64,000 nt of DNA, from assembly GCA_963796055.1 (NCBI GenBank), contig CAWCKH010000005.1, positions 64,001 to 128,000 on the forward strand, read 5' to 3'. How positions within the stretch are numbered: position 1 is the stretch's first letter; each line of letters opens with the position of its first letter. The notes below the pieces were generated by a model. That model worked only from the letters and a program-made list of their open reading frames with translations. It did no database searches and had not been told where the DNA came from. The stretch is from an uncultured delta proteobacterium. GTDB taxonomy: Bacteria > Myxococcota > Myxococcia > Myxococcales > Myxococcaceae. This document shows positions 1 to 11,829 of this stretch, in pieces. Both the position numbers and the translations under genes were made by a program.

Positions 1-241
1 TGGGCACGCTGCGCCCGCGGACCATCCGGGCGGCGTGGATGAGGGTGCCGTCCCCGCCGAGCACCAGGATGAGCTCGGCCCGCCGCGCCATCTCCTCGGG
101 CGGGGTGGCCGGCCAGCCGGTCGCCATGGCGAGCTCCGGCTCGGCGAGCAGCTCGAGCTCGGGGAACCGCGCCCGCACCTGTTGCGCGAGCGCCACTGCC
201 TCGGCGCTCCCCCGCTTCACCACCACGGCGACCGTCTTCAC
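1..241 (-). CDS. nadK: NAD(+) kinase, 5' part (runs off the window edge)
   Basis: Manual translation from GTG at 241 gives VKTVAVVVKRG...AELILVLGGDGTLIHAAR, which contains the NAD kinase GGDGT signature. Not in the ORF track because it is truncated. Confidence 0.85.
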   Translation of the reverse strand, partial: MKTVAVVVKRGSAEAVALAQQVRARFPELELLAEPELAMATGWPATPPEEMARRAELILVLGGDGTLIHAARMVRGRSVP

Positions 242-278
242 CTTGGCCCGAAGCTCTTACTACAAGGAGAGCCGAACC

Positions 279-1604
<1,326 letters not shown>

Positions 1605-2314
1605 TCAGCGTTCGTGGAACTCGAGCACCGTGGCAGTGTCGACGTCGCCGGCCAGGAAGAGCATTCCGTACAGCTTTCCGGCGGGGTCGTAGCCGAAGCT
1701 GAGGAGGTAGGTGTTCCATCCCAACGGGAGGGTCGACCATCCGTCCGCTCCGCGTGAGAGCAGCACCCCATCGGCCTCGCCCCCCAGCAGAGCCGCCGGG
1801 CGCATGCCGGCAGTGTTCGCCGCGATGAGGTGAGGGAGGCCGCAGCAGAGCGTCGGAAGCGGCTTCGGCGACGACCAGACCGGGCCCTCGCGGTGGAGAA
1901 CGAACGCCTCCGTGTCGAACCCGATGCCCTCTTGCCTCACCATCAGATCGAGGCTCGTGGCACCGGCCAGCAGCTCGAGATCCGGGAGCGAGATCGAGCT
2001 CGCCAGCGTGGTCGCCTGCCAGCTCCCGGCGCGCTCCAGCACCAGGAGCCCCTGGTCTCCCGAGGCGGCGACCTCGATGCGTCCGTCGGGGGCGACGGCG
2101 ATCGCCAGCCCGTGGAGGCTGGTCATGGGGGTGAGGGTGGCGGCGGGGGACTCGACCAGGTACCCCGAAGGATGCTCGAGTCGAGGCCGAAGGCCGGATC
2201 CATCGGCGTCGCCGTCATCGCCTCGGCCGCGCCGGACTGCACCACCACCGGGGAGACGGCTCGCAGGGACCCGGCCAGGACGAGGACGCTGAGGAACCAG
2301 GTTCGACGCTGCAT
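1605..2314 (-). pseudogene. Hypothetical secreted beta-rich protein, apparently frameshifted
   Basis: The signal-peptide-like start MQRRTWFLSVLVLAG (ATG 2314, GGAAGG upstream) is in a different frame from the protein-like body (LAIAVAPDGRIEVAA...SFGYDPAGKLYGML) that ends at 1605. The frame switch lies near 2150-2200. Confidence 0.4.
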
Positions 2315-2356
2315 GCCTTCCCCCCCAGGACCCTTGGACGATCGCTCGGCCGTGGC

Positions 2357-3418
2357 TCAGTCGTGGTCCGCTCCACCGTGGTCGTCGTCCCGGCTGCCGT
2401 CGATGCGGATCTCCGAGATGGTGTACCGGGACACCTGCGCGCACCACTCTGAGTCCGGCGTCACGTACTCCTGGCTGAAGATGCGCAGGTCGAGGGCGAG
2501 GTTGGTCACCAGTAGATGCCGCCCGGCGAAGCGGATGCTCGCCGGGAAGAGGAGACCCACCGGCTCGCCATGACGGACCGCGCCGCCGAAGTCACCCAGC
2601 TTGGCGATCAGCTTGCCCGCGGGATCGAGCACCACCACGTCGTCCGACTGGTTCTCGGCGACCCAGACGTTGTCGTGGTCGTCCACGAGCAGCCCGTCCG
2701 CTCCGTTGATCGCCTGGGCGAAGATGGCAGGAGAACCTCCGGGGTTACTGCCGACAACGGGAATCTTGAGAACCGTGTCGCTGCCGGTGTTGGCGACGAA
2801 CATCGCACTCTCCGCCCGGTTGAAGCGGATCCCGTTGGCCCCGAAGGGGGGGACGCCCGTAGTGCGGAGCAGCGGGTCGTCGATCCAGGCGGTCGCCACG
2901 CCCCCGTTCGGAGGAGCCTTCCAGATGATCCCCTGCGCACTGTCCGAGATGTAGACGTTCCCGGCGTGGTCGAAGGTGATGTCATTGAGCCCCGCGCCGC
3001 CCGGATGCGGCAAGGCTGGCAGGGTGATGAAGGGCTGCGCAGCGCCGGTTCTCGCATCGACAGCGAGCACCTGACCGGCGCCGAAGTCGTTCACCAGCAG
3101 GACACCGCTGTGTGGATGGAAGCGCAGCCCGAGGAGATGCGGAGTCGAGGGCGTCACCGGGATCTGGCGGACCAGCCGACCGTGCTCGTCGAACACCGTG
3201 AGCTGTCCCTGGCCGGTGGCGGAGCCGGTGGCGGTGAAGCCGAAGCCGGTCACGTAGACGTGGCCGTGCGGACCGACATCGAGCCCCTCGGGGCCGGAGG
3301 AGCCGGGCGGCATTACCGCAAAGGTGCGGACCCGCCCGCGATCCCAGGCGTGCGCCGACCCGCCGAGCAAGAGAAAACCGAGCGACAGCACCGAGACCGC
3401 ACGACGCGTTCCGCGCAT
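2357..3418 (-). CDS. Secreted SMP-30/gluconolactonase-like beta-propeller protein
   Basis: Signal peptide ending AHA. Propeller/metal motifs GPEG, GLNDITFD..GNVYISD, GANGIRF and GADGLLVD. GGGAGG SD. Confidence 0.8.
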   Translation of the reverse strand: MRGTRRAVSVLSLGFLLLGGSAHAWDRGRVRTFAVMPPGSSGPEGLDVGPHGHVYVTGFGFTATGSATGQGQLTVFDEHGRLVRQIPVTPSTPHLLGLRFHPHSGVLLVNDFGAGQVLAVDARTGAAQPFITLPALPHPGGAGLNDITFDHAGNVYISDSAQGIIWKAPPNGGVATAWIDDPLLRTTGVPPFGANGIRFNRAESAMFVANTGSDTVLKIPVVGSNPGGSPAIFAQAINGADGLLVDDHDNVWVAENQSDDVVVLDPAGKLIAKLGDFGGAVRHGEPVGLLFPASIRFAGRHLLVTNLALDLRIFSQEYVTPDSEWCAQVSRYTISEIRIDGSRDDDHGGADHD

Positions 3419-3819
3419 GACGTCCTCCCGTCGGATCCGGGACCGGAGGGGCCCCGGCGCGCTGGAAGGAGACGCCCTGGTGCTGCAGGCCGCAACTGCC
3501 GCGGACTGCAGCCGCAGGCGCATGCCAAGTAGATGTCAGACCGACGCGGAGGGGAAGCTCGCTCCGGCACCGGAGCACCACGAGTCGGCCCGGGCCGCAG
3601 CGCAGATGCTGGGGAGCAAGAGCTGGATCGAGGAGACCAGCCGCGGCGGAGAAGGTCCGACGCAGGCTCGAGGCGGCGACACGCCCCGGAGCCTCGACGA
3701 CTTCGGGTGGCGCCAGCACCGGCGGTGAGCGGGGCCGGCTGCGGCGGCCTCAGGAGTTCGCGCGCTGCTCCGATGACGCTGCCCAACCGGGTTCGCATCT
3801 GACGAGCGCTGCCAAAAGT

Positions 3820-4140
3820 GTCCCGTTCGGGTTCCCTCGAACTTGCGAACCTTTTCCGGACGCTCGGGGGCGGGGGGGGGGTGCGCCCTCGCCAGAGCGT
3901 CCGGTTCGGGTTCGCGAGTGCCTGCCTGGGAACCAGCTGAGCAGCCGTCCGTGTTGCGAGACGCGGTGTCCAGCCTCCCCAGTCGCTCGCCCCCTGGGCT
4001 CAGCGAGCTCGGAACGCCCGCTCGCGCGCGCTGGTTCCCACGTTGCAGCTGCGAAACAATTTCGGACACCTCGGCGGGTGCCCGGACCCCCCTCCCCTGG
4101 CGACCGTCCGGTTCGGGTTCGCGAGTGCAACCTGGGAACC
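3820..4140. repeat. Array of alternating-orientation ~15-36 bp repeats, core GTCCGG-N4-GGTTCGC
   Basis: Exact 24-bp direct repeat cgtccggttcgggttcgcgagtgc at 3898-3921 and 4105-4128. Inverted degenerate copies at 3841-3865 and 4030-4067. Partial copy at 3820-3834. Confidence 0.8.
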
Positions 4141-4159
4141 CGCGCGGACGCAAATCGTC
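4135..4159 (+). promoter_or_regulatory. Possible ECF-sigma promoter GGAAC-N16-CGTC upstream of the AraC gene
   Basis: GGAAC at 4135-4139, a 16-nt spacer, then CGTC at 4156-4159, about 40 nt before ATG 4200. Overlaps the palindrome ggacg-caaat-cgtcc. Confidence 0.3.
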
Positions 4160-4199
4160 CTTTTGTGCGCGTGCGCGCTTCTTGCTTCGGCCCCCGCGA

Positions 4200-5065
4200 A
4201 TGGATGAAGCAAGCGATGCGCTCGAAGATGCACTGACCGAGCTGCGCTTCCGTTGCGCCCTTCTCGACGAGGGCCCGGTTCCGAGCCCGGGGCGCCGGGC
4301 GTTCCCGGTGGACGCCATCTCGCTCCACGTCCCGCTCGCGGGTCGCTGTCACATCGATGTGGCCCTTCCGGTCTGGGTCCATCGGCTCGAGCCCGGGGAG
4401 ATCCTCGTGGTGAACCAGGGTGTGGACGGCGCGCTCCGCGCGACCTCCGACGGCAGCCCGCGGCCGAAGGTTCTCTCCATGCGTGTCGACTTCGATGCTC
4501 CACAGGGGCATCCGCTGCTCGACTCTCTCCCTCCGCTCATCCGCGCCACCGTCCGCAAGGTCCCCGCGCCTGGGTCATTCGAGCCGCTTCTTGCGGCACT
4601 CCTCGCCGAGTACACGATGCCCATGCTCGGTCGCAGGGAGGTCTCGCGGGCTCTATGCACCTCCATGACCTCGACTGGACCAACAAGGGCTGGCTGCGGG
4701 CGCTCGCCGATCCGGTGATCAAAGGGCAGCTGACTCCGCCGGCACCGGCGGGCCCCGGCTCCGAGACGGTCCGCAGTCTGGCGGATGCATCGGGGCGCTC
4801 GGAACGTCGCATCCGCGCGCGGTTTGCGAAGTTCGCCGGCTCGAGTCCCTCTGAGCTCATCCGGCACTCGCGTGCGCGCCGAGCGGCGAGGCTGCTCCTC
4901 GACGGCGAGACTGATCTCGCGCTGATCGCGCGCCTAACCGGCTATCGCACCCGTCAAGCCTTTTGTCGTGCGTTCAAGCGCGAGCTCGGCGTCTCACCCG
5001 CAGCGTACTGGCGGAGCGCGAACGGCCGGCGCTTCCCTCGCAAGCCCAAGGGACCGAAGAAGTGA
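4200..5065 (+). pseudogene. AraC-family regulator (cupin + HTH), frameshifted near 4655
   Basis: The N-terminal cupin part (MDEASDALEDAL...HPLLDSLPPLI) and the C-terminal part (GWLRALADP...IARLTGYRTRQAFCRAFKRELGVSPAAYWR) are in different frames. Confidence 0.8.
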
Positions 5066-5109
5066 CGAGTTGAGGCCGAATCGTCCGCGGCGGCGGGTGC
5101 CAATCGGAC

Positions 5110-5868
5110 TCAGACGAGCGGAGTGACCCGGCCGAGTCGCAATGAGAGCGGCCAGCGGATGAGGCGCGCCATCGCCGGATCGCCCCACCCGGCCCGCAGC
5201 TCGTCGCCGAAGCGATCGAACTCGGCTCCGCGACCGGCCCTCCGGAGTGACTGCACCGCAGACCAGGTGCCCACGTACCCGAGCAGCTGCTCGGCATTCC
5301 AGCGGTGCTCGAGCGCGAGGGCCGGTGCTTCCACCGGCTCGAACGGGAAAGGCAGCGAGCGGTAACCCTCGTCGACGAGCCGGCGTTCGGGGGGCCAGTG
5401 GCCCTCGAGCGTCTTCCGGTAGAACTGATCGACGATCCATCCGATCTGAGGCTCCGCCTCCATCACCGCGTAGGTGACGAGGGCAATGAGGCCACCGGGC
5501 CGGGCCACCCGGCGGACTTCCTGGTAGTAGGCGTCGAGGTCGAACCAGTGAACCGCCTGCGCCGCCACGGCACAGTCGACGCTCCCGTCGTCAAGTCCGC
5601 TCGCCTCGGCCGGGGCCACCGCGTAACGCACCGCGGGGTGCGGTGTCGCAGCGGCGATCTGTGCGGCACTTGCATCCGTCGCCACCACGCTCTCGAACAC
5701 CTCACCGAGCACCGCCGAGAGCTGCCCCGATCCGCAACCTGCGTCCCAGGCGAGGCCGCGTCCCGGCGACCGCGCGGCCAGGGCCTCGGCCACTGCGCGC
5801 GGATACACCGGGCGGTGCGCGGCGTATCCGGTTGCCGTGGCCGAGAAGTGGTCCTTGAACCCGCTCAT
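5110..5868 (-). CDS. Class I SAM-dependent methyltransferase
   Basis: MSGFKDHFS...YAAHRPVYP, motif I WDAGCGSGQ, and AQAVHWFD. Confidence 0.9.
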   Translation of the reverse strand: MSGFKDHFSATATGYAAHRPVYPRAVAEALAARSPGRGLAWDAGCGSGQLSAVLGEVFESVVATDASAAQIAAATPHPAVRYAVAPAEASGLDDGSVDCAVAAQAVHWFDLDAYYQEVRRVARPGGLIALVTYAVMEAEPQIGWIVDQFYRKTLEGHWPPERRLVDEGYRSLPFPFEPVEAPALALEHRWNAEQLLGYVGTWSAVQSLRRAGRGAEFDRFGDELRAGWGDPAMARLIRWPLSLRLGRVTPLV

Positions 5869-6140
5869 CCTGCTCCGACCTACCTCGCCCCGCCGCTGCG
5901 TGCACGCAACAGGCGCATGCCACGCCGGCACGGCGACCGTGGTCTCCGGTGCGACCATGGACTTTGCTGCGGTTCCCCTGAGCGCCCGGGAGCGCGTAGG
6001 CCGCTCAAAGCGTGCCCACCGGCCCCACGCCCTGCCTTCCGCCGTCCACCCGGGGCCGTGCCCGAACGCCCGGACCGAGAGAGCGCCGCAGAGGTCATCC
6101 CCGCGGCCGACAGACCCGGGCACCGGTCGCGGCTCAGCGT

Positions 6141-7412
6141 TCACCGATCAGCCCGCACCGTGACCGCGAGCTCTCCTCGGGGCACGACCGCATCCACCAG
6201 GGTGGCGGTTTCACCGACCGCCTCGACGGTGATCGGCCCTTCCCCTCCCAGTGTGGCAGCGAGCTCGCTCCCGGTGGGCCAGGTGCCCGTCTCGGCCCGG
6301 AGGAGGTCGGCGGTGACGGCGCCTCGGAGCAGCTGCAGCTGTGCCCGCCCCCGCGCATCCGAGCGCGCAACCCGGCCGAGCTGCGGCAGGGCGAACGCCG
6401 CCCGGGGATTCATCCACGGCCGCTCCCCCGCCGCGAGCACGTCGAGCCGCTCGGCCCGTGCCGGCATGGGCAGGCCTGCCGCCTTCACCGCCGCGGCAAG
6501 ACGGGCGTCGATGCGGTGCCACGCATCCCCGAGGGCCAGGGCAAAGCGCCAGTCCGTCCGCCCGCTGGGAGCATTCTCCCGGGCCCATGCCGCCACCGAC
6601 TCCGGCAACCCGTCCGGCGGCGCCAGGTACGGAGCGAAGGCCCGCGCACGCGCCCCGAGCGCGTACTCGGCCATGATCACGCCGAGCGCCGGCGTCCCCT
6701 CCTCCACCCGGCCGAGCGCAAGGGCCGCGGAGCGCTTCACCTCGGTGGGGGCGGCGTCGAGGGCTGCGACGCATGGCCGGAACGCCACCTCCTCCACGGC
6801 CAGGGCGGGGAGCCGCCCGGCGAGGCCGGCCCCCCACGAGGCGTCGCGGGCGAGCGCCTGGAGATCGACGCAGACGCGCACCGCACCCGCCGCATCCCTC
6901 AGGGACATCAGCTGACGGACGTGGAGCGCTCCGAGCTTCCCCGCGTAGGGCAAGGTGGCCCAGCCGCGCGGACGCGCCACAGGCGTCGGCGTGTCGAGCG
7001 TCCCCAGACCCGGAGGAGGACCGGCCTCGGCGGCATGGGTCGCCGCCAGGAGCGCGCCCAGCGGCCCAGCCCCGGCGTCGAGCTCACGCCGGCACGAGGG
7101 GGAGAGCGCATCGAAGGGCCGTTCCCCCTCCCGCACCGCCCGGCACAGCTCGACGTCCGCCGATGCCGCCTGCAGCTCGGCGAGCGCGTCCCAGGCCCGC
7201 GCAGCAGATGCACCGAAGGTCCCCGGCTCGGGGGACGGGAGGTGCGGCGGACGCGGAAAGCGAGCGGCGGCTCGCGCCTGGAGGTCGCGGCGGAGCGCCC
7301 GCGCTGGCCCGGCCGTCGACGTCCGCCAGAGCGCCACGCCCACCAGGACGACCACCGCCACCATCACCAGCCAGAGTGCACCTTGCAGCCGTCGCGCCGC
7401 CCGCTCACGCAT
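6141..7412 (-). CDS. Hypothetical protein with an N-terminal transmembrane anchor
   Basis: Long GC3-rich ORF with hydrophobic segment LWLVMVAVVVLVGVALW. Start uncertain (7412 or 7427). Confidence 0.6.
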   Translation of the reverse strand: MRERAARRLQGALWLVMVAVVVLVGVALWRTSTAGPARALRRDLQARAAARFPRPPHLPSPEPGTFGASAARAWDALAELQAASADVELCRAVREGERPFDALSPSCRRELDAGAGPLGALLAATHAAEAGPPPGLGTLDTPTPVARPRGWATLPYAGKLGALHVRQLMSLRDAAGAVRVCVDLQALARDASWGAGLAGRLPALAVEEVAFRPCVAALDAAPTEVKRSAALALGRVEEGTPALGVIMAEYALGARARAFAPYLAPPDGLPESVAAWARENAPSGRTDWRFALALGDAWHRIDARLAAAVKAAGLPMPARAERLDVLAAGERPWMNPRAAFALPQLGRVARSDARGRAQLQLLRGAVTADLLRAETGTWPTGSELAATLGGEGPITVEAVGETATLVDAVVPRGELAVTVRADR

Positions 7413-7431
7413 CAGGGCGGCGCACACTGCC

Positions 7432-7474
7432 AGAAAAAGCGAGGGCCCGCCCGGCGCGCGCCGGGCAGGCCCTC
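7432..7474 (-). terminator. Rho-independent terminator after the sigma-54 regulator operon
   Basis: Minus strand reads gagggcctgcccggc-gcgc-gccgggcgggccctc followed by gctttttct. Confidence 0.75.
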
Positions 7475-7538
7475 TTGTCCCCGTCAGGGACGCCGCCCGG
7501 GTCGCAGTGCCCGGGCTGACGGCCCTCCGGATGGTCTC

Positions 7539-8983
<1,445 letters not shown>

Positions 8984-8984
<1 letters not shown>

Positions 8985-10555
8985 CAGTTCCTCACGGAAG
9001 GGAAAGACGTTGGGGGGATGGGAAGAAGGACGGTGAAGGTGGAGCCCTCGCCGGGGGCGCTCTGCACCTCGAAGCGGCCACCGTGGTCCTGGACGATGCG
9101 GTAGGCGATCGCCAGGCCCAGGCCGGTGCCCTGGCCCGGGGGCTTGGTGGTGAAGGACGGCTCGAAGATGCGCCGGAGCACCGAGGCCTCGATGCCGGTA
9201 CCGGTGTCGCGGACGCTGACGAAGACGTGGGTGTCGCCCCGCCCGGTGCGGACGGTGAGCGTGCCCGGCTTCCCGTCCAGCGCGTAGAGACCGTTTTGCA
9301 AGAGGTTCAGGAGCACCTGCCCCATCTGCCCCGTGTCGCCGATCACCGGTGGCAGTTCGGCCTCGGTCTTCACGTCCAGGGCCGCCTCGGGCGACTTCTT
9401 CAGCTGGGCTCCGAAGAGGAACGCTGCGTCGTCCACGCAGCGATTCAGGTCGAACGGGCGGCGGTCGCCCTCCTGCGAGCGGCGGCTGAACTGGAGCAGG
9501 CTCTCCACGATGCGCTTGCACCGGAGCGCCGACTCCTCGATCAGCTGCAGGGAATCGAGGTCCCCCTTGGCGCGCCCCACGTCCCGCTTCATCAGCTGGG
9601 CGAAGGTGAGGATCCCGGCCAGCGGGTTGTTGATCTCGTGCGCCACGCCGCCGGCGAGCTGGCCCACCGCGGCCATCTTCTCGGTCTCGACCAGGCGCGC
9701 GGTCATGGTCCGCTCGTCGGTCACGTCCCGGTACGCGCACACCGCCTGCCCCTCCTCCGCCATGGGGTAGACGTCGAGCACGTAGATTCTTCCCTTGTGC
9801 TGGATCTCCGCCCGGCCTTCCTTGCCGCTGGAGATGGCCTTCTTCATCGGGCAGCCCGTGCACGGGGTGTCACGACCGAAGAGGAACTGGTGGCAAGGCG
9901 GGTTCTGGCTCACGCCCTGGACGGGGCGTCCCGCCACCCGCGCATAGGCCACGTTGGCCCGCCGCACGCTGTGGTCCGAGCCCCGCACCACCGCCAGGGG
10001 CAGGTCGAGCGAGTCGAAGGACAGCTCCCATTCGCGCTTGGCCACCACCAGCAGCCGGGTCCGCTGCTGCACCCGCTCCTCGAGCTCGGCGTTGAGGGCC
10101 CGCAGCTCCTCGTTCTGGGCCCGGGTGACCTCTTGCAGGTGCGCGTTCTCCCGCTGCACCGCGTACTGCTCGAAGGCGCTCTGCACGGTCAGCAGCAGCG
10201 CCGAGTCGTTCCAGGGCTTGGCGATGAAGCGGAAAATCTCGGAGCGGTTGATCGCCTCCTCGATGGCCCGCTGGTCGGCGTGACCGGTGAGCATGATCCG
10301 CTGCGCGAGCGGGATGCGCTGCTTCACCTGGGCCAGGAAGTCCGCCCCGTTCATTCCGGGGAGCCGGAAATCCGAGATGACCACCTCGGGAGTGAACTGC
10401 TCGAGGACCTTGAGCCCCCGCTCACCGTCGAGAGCGGTGCGGATCTCCCAGTCCCCGCTGCGCAGCACGCGACGGAGCGACTTGAGGATGTTCTCCTCGT
10501 CGTCCACCACCAGCAGCCGCCCCTGAGCGGGCGACATCCTGAGCGCGGGCTCCAT
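8984..10555 (-). CDS. Hybrid sensor histidine kinase (REC - coiled coil - Cys-containing PAS-like - HisKA - HATPase)
   Basis: LLVVDDE/SDFRLP receiver, H-box AHEINNPL, NLLQNG, DTGTGI and GTGLGL. TGATG overlap with the downstream regulator. Confidence 0.92.
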
Positions 10556-10584
10556 GGCGTGTCTTCCAGTCCGTGAAAGGGGAT

Positions 10585-10600
10585 TGCAACCGCCCGGCCA
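10585..10600 (-). promoter_or_regulatory. Sigma-54 (-24/-12) promoter of the kinase-regulator operon
   Basis: Minus strand TGGCCGGGCGGTTGCA has the correct GG-N10-GC spacing and lies about 30 nt upstream of ATG 10555. Confidence 0.6.
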
Positions 10601-10754
10601 CCCGCCCGGTCTTTGCCAACCCCCGAGGATCAGGTCCGTCTTGCCCTGTGCTGGTGTTTGGACCCGGGGTCACTCTACACCCACCCCCCCACCTTGTGGT
10701 CGCCAGCGACCCAGGTCGGTCACGCGGACGCCGCGGCCGTCCAGGCCCTGAGGC

Positions 10755-11687
10755 TCAGGAGGGTCCTGGGCCGCGAGGGAGCGCACCGACCCCCGGGTCG
10801 GCGAGGCAGACCCGGTTGCGACCCTCGCGCTTGGCGCGGGCGAGGCATCCGTCGGCGGCGCCGATCAGCTCCTCGGGCGTCTGGACCTGCACGGCGGGAT
10901 GGCTGCCCACGCCCACACTGACAGTGAGGAGCACGTCGGCCGTGGGACCGGTCCGGAGCGCGGCGACGTCGCGGCGGATCCGCTCCGCCACCGTGAGCGC
11001 CCCCGCCAGGTGGGTCTGGGGAAGGATGCAGGCGAACTCGTCACCGCCGGTCCGGGCAACCGTGTCGGTCTCCCGGACGGCGGCCAGCAGGCACTGGGCC
11101 ACGGCGCGGAGCACCCCATCGCCCACCAGGTGACCGAAGGACTCGTTGATGCCGCGGAACTGATCCAGGTCCACCAGGACGAGGGCGAGCGGGTTGTCGT
11201 ACCGCTGGGCACGGCGGAACTCGTCCTCGAGCCGGAGAAGAAAGTAGCGGCGGTTGTGTACCTCGGTGAGCGCGTCGACGACGGCGACCCGGTCCTCCGC
11301 GCCCTGGGTCATCGGCCCCGAGGCTCGACGGAACACTGCGGTCCGGCGGCGCAGCCGCGCGAGCAGCTCCTCCAGGCCCACGCTCGCCGGGAGCACGTCG
11401 TCCGCGCCGAGGTCCAGGAGCCGGGCCCGGCCCTGGGCGTCGTCCACCCCGAGCACCAGCACCGGGCGTCCCGCGTCGGTCTTCGCCCGCACCCGGGAGA
11501 GCAGGCCCGCGGCCCCCCAGGGAGGGCATGGCTCGACGACGAGGAATGCGTCGGGTGACTCGAGGCTGGCGGCCCGGTCCACCGCCTCACCGTCCTCGAA
11601 CCGGGTGAGGGCCCAGCCCGCCTCCTCGAGCCCGCGGGCGAGCGCGCTCACCGGAGCGTCCTGCGTGGTGACGAGCCAGAGGTTCAT
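10755..11687 (-). CDS. Diguanylate cyclase with a degenerate receiver domain
   Basis: DALTEVHNRR, DLDQFRGINESFGHLVGD, I-site RETD and intact GGDEF. The N-terminal REC-like region lacks the canonical acidic pocket. Confidence 0.9.
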   Translation of the reverse strand: MNLWLVTTQDAPVSALARGLEEAGWALTRFEDGEAVDRAASLESPDAFLVVEPCPPWGAAGLLSRVRAKTDAGRPVLVLGVDDAQGRARLLDLGADDVLPASVGLEELLARLRRRTAVFRRASGPMTQGAEDRVAVVDALTEVHNRRYFLLRLEDEFRRAQRYDNPLALVLVDLDQFRGINESFGHLVGDGVLRAVAQCLLAAVRETDTVARTGGDEFACILPQTHLAGALTVAERIRRDVAALRTGPTADVLLTVSVGVGSHPAVQVQTPEELIGAADGCLARAKREGRNRVCLADPGVGALPRGPGPS

Positions 11688-11829
11688 TCTTGGAAAGTCC
11701 CGACAGGCTAGCAGAGAGGCGAACGCGTTGACCGTCGCACACTCGTCTCCCGGGTGCACCGTAACCCCGCGAGACGCAAGGTCGTTTGCGCGGTGTCGGG
11801 ACACAGGGCTAGACCCGGGGGCCCAGGCC

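Noticed and set aside
2357..3418. Lactonase as pathway partner of the PQQ dehydrogenase fusion
   Set aside because: Chemically plausible, but the genes are 35 kb apart with no linking evidence.
3530..3800. Possible small gene or remnant between the lactonase gene and the repeat array
   Set aside because: One + frame is GC3-rich, but it has no convincing start, SD or recognisable motif.
3820..4140. CRISPR array
   Set aside because: Copies alternate in orientation, spacing is irregular, only two are exact, and there are no cas genes in the window.
4640..4680. Programmed frameshift in the AraC gene
   Set aside because: There is no slippery heptamer or homopolymer at the junction, and residues appear to be missing, which fits a deletion better.
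3515..5922. Shared 13-mer caggcgcatgcca (3515-3527 and 5910-5922) upstream of two minus-strand genes, resembling a sigma-54 site
   Set aside because: GG-to-GC spacing is wrong for sigma-54, and a 13-mer match is plausible by chance in GC-rich DNA.
7432..7538. Pxr-like sRNA downstream of a sigma-54 activator
   Set aside because: Only about 64 nt separate the stop codon from the terminator, and no separate sigma-54 promoter is visible.
10755..11687. Hypr-type GGDEF (3',3'-cGAMP synthase)
   Set aside because: The motif reads GHLVGD with the canonical Asp, not the Ser/Thr of Hypr enzymes.
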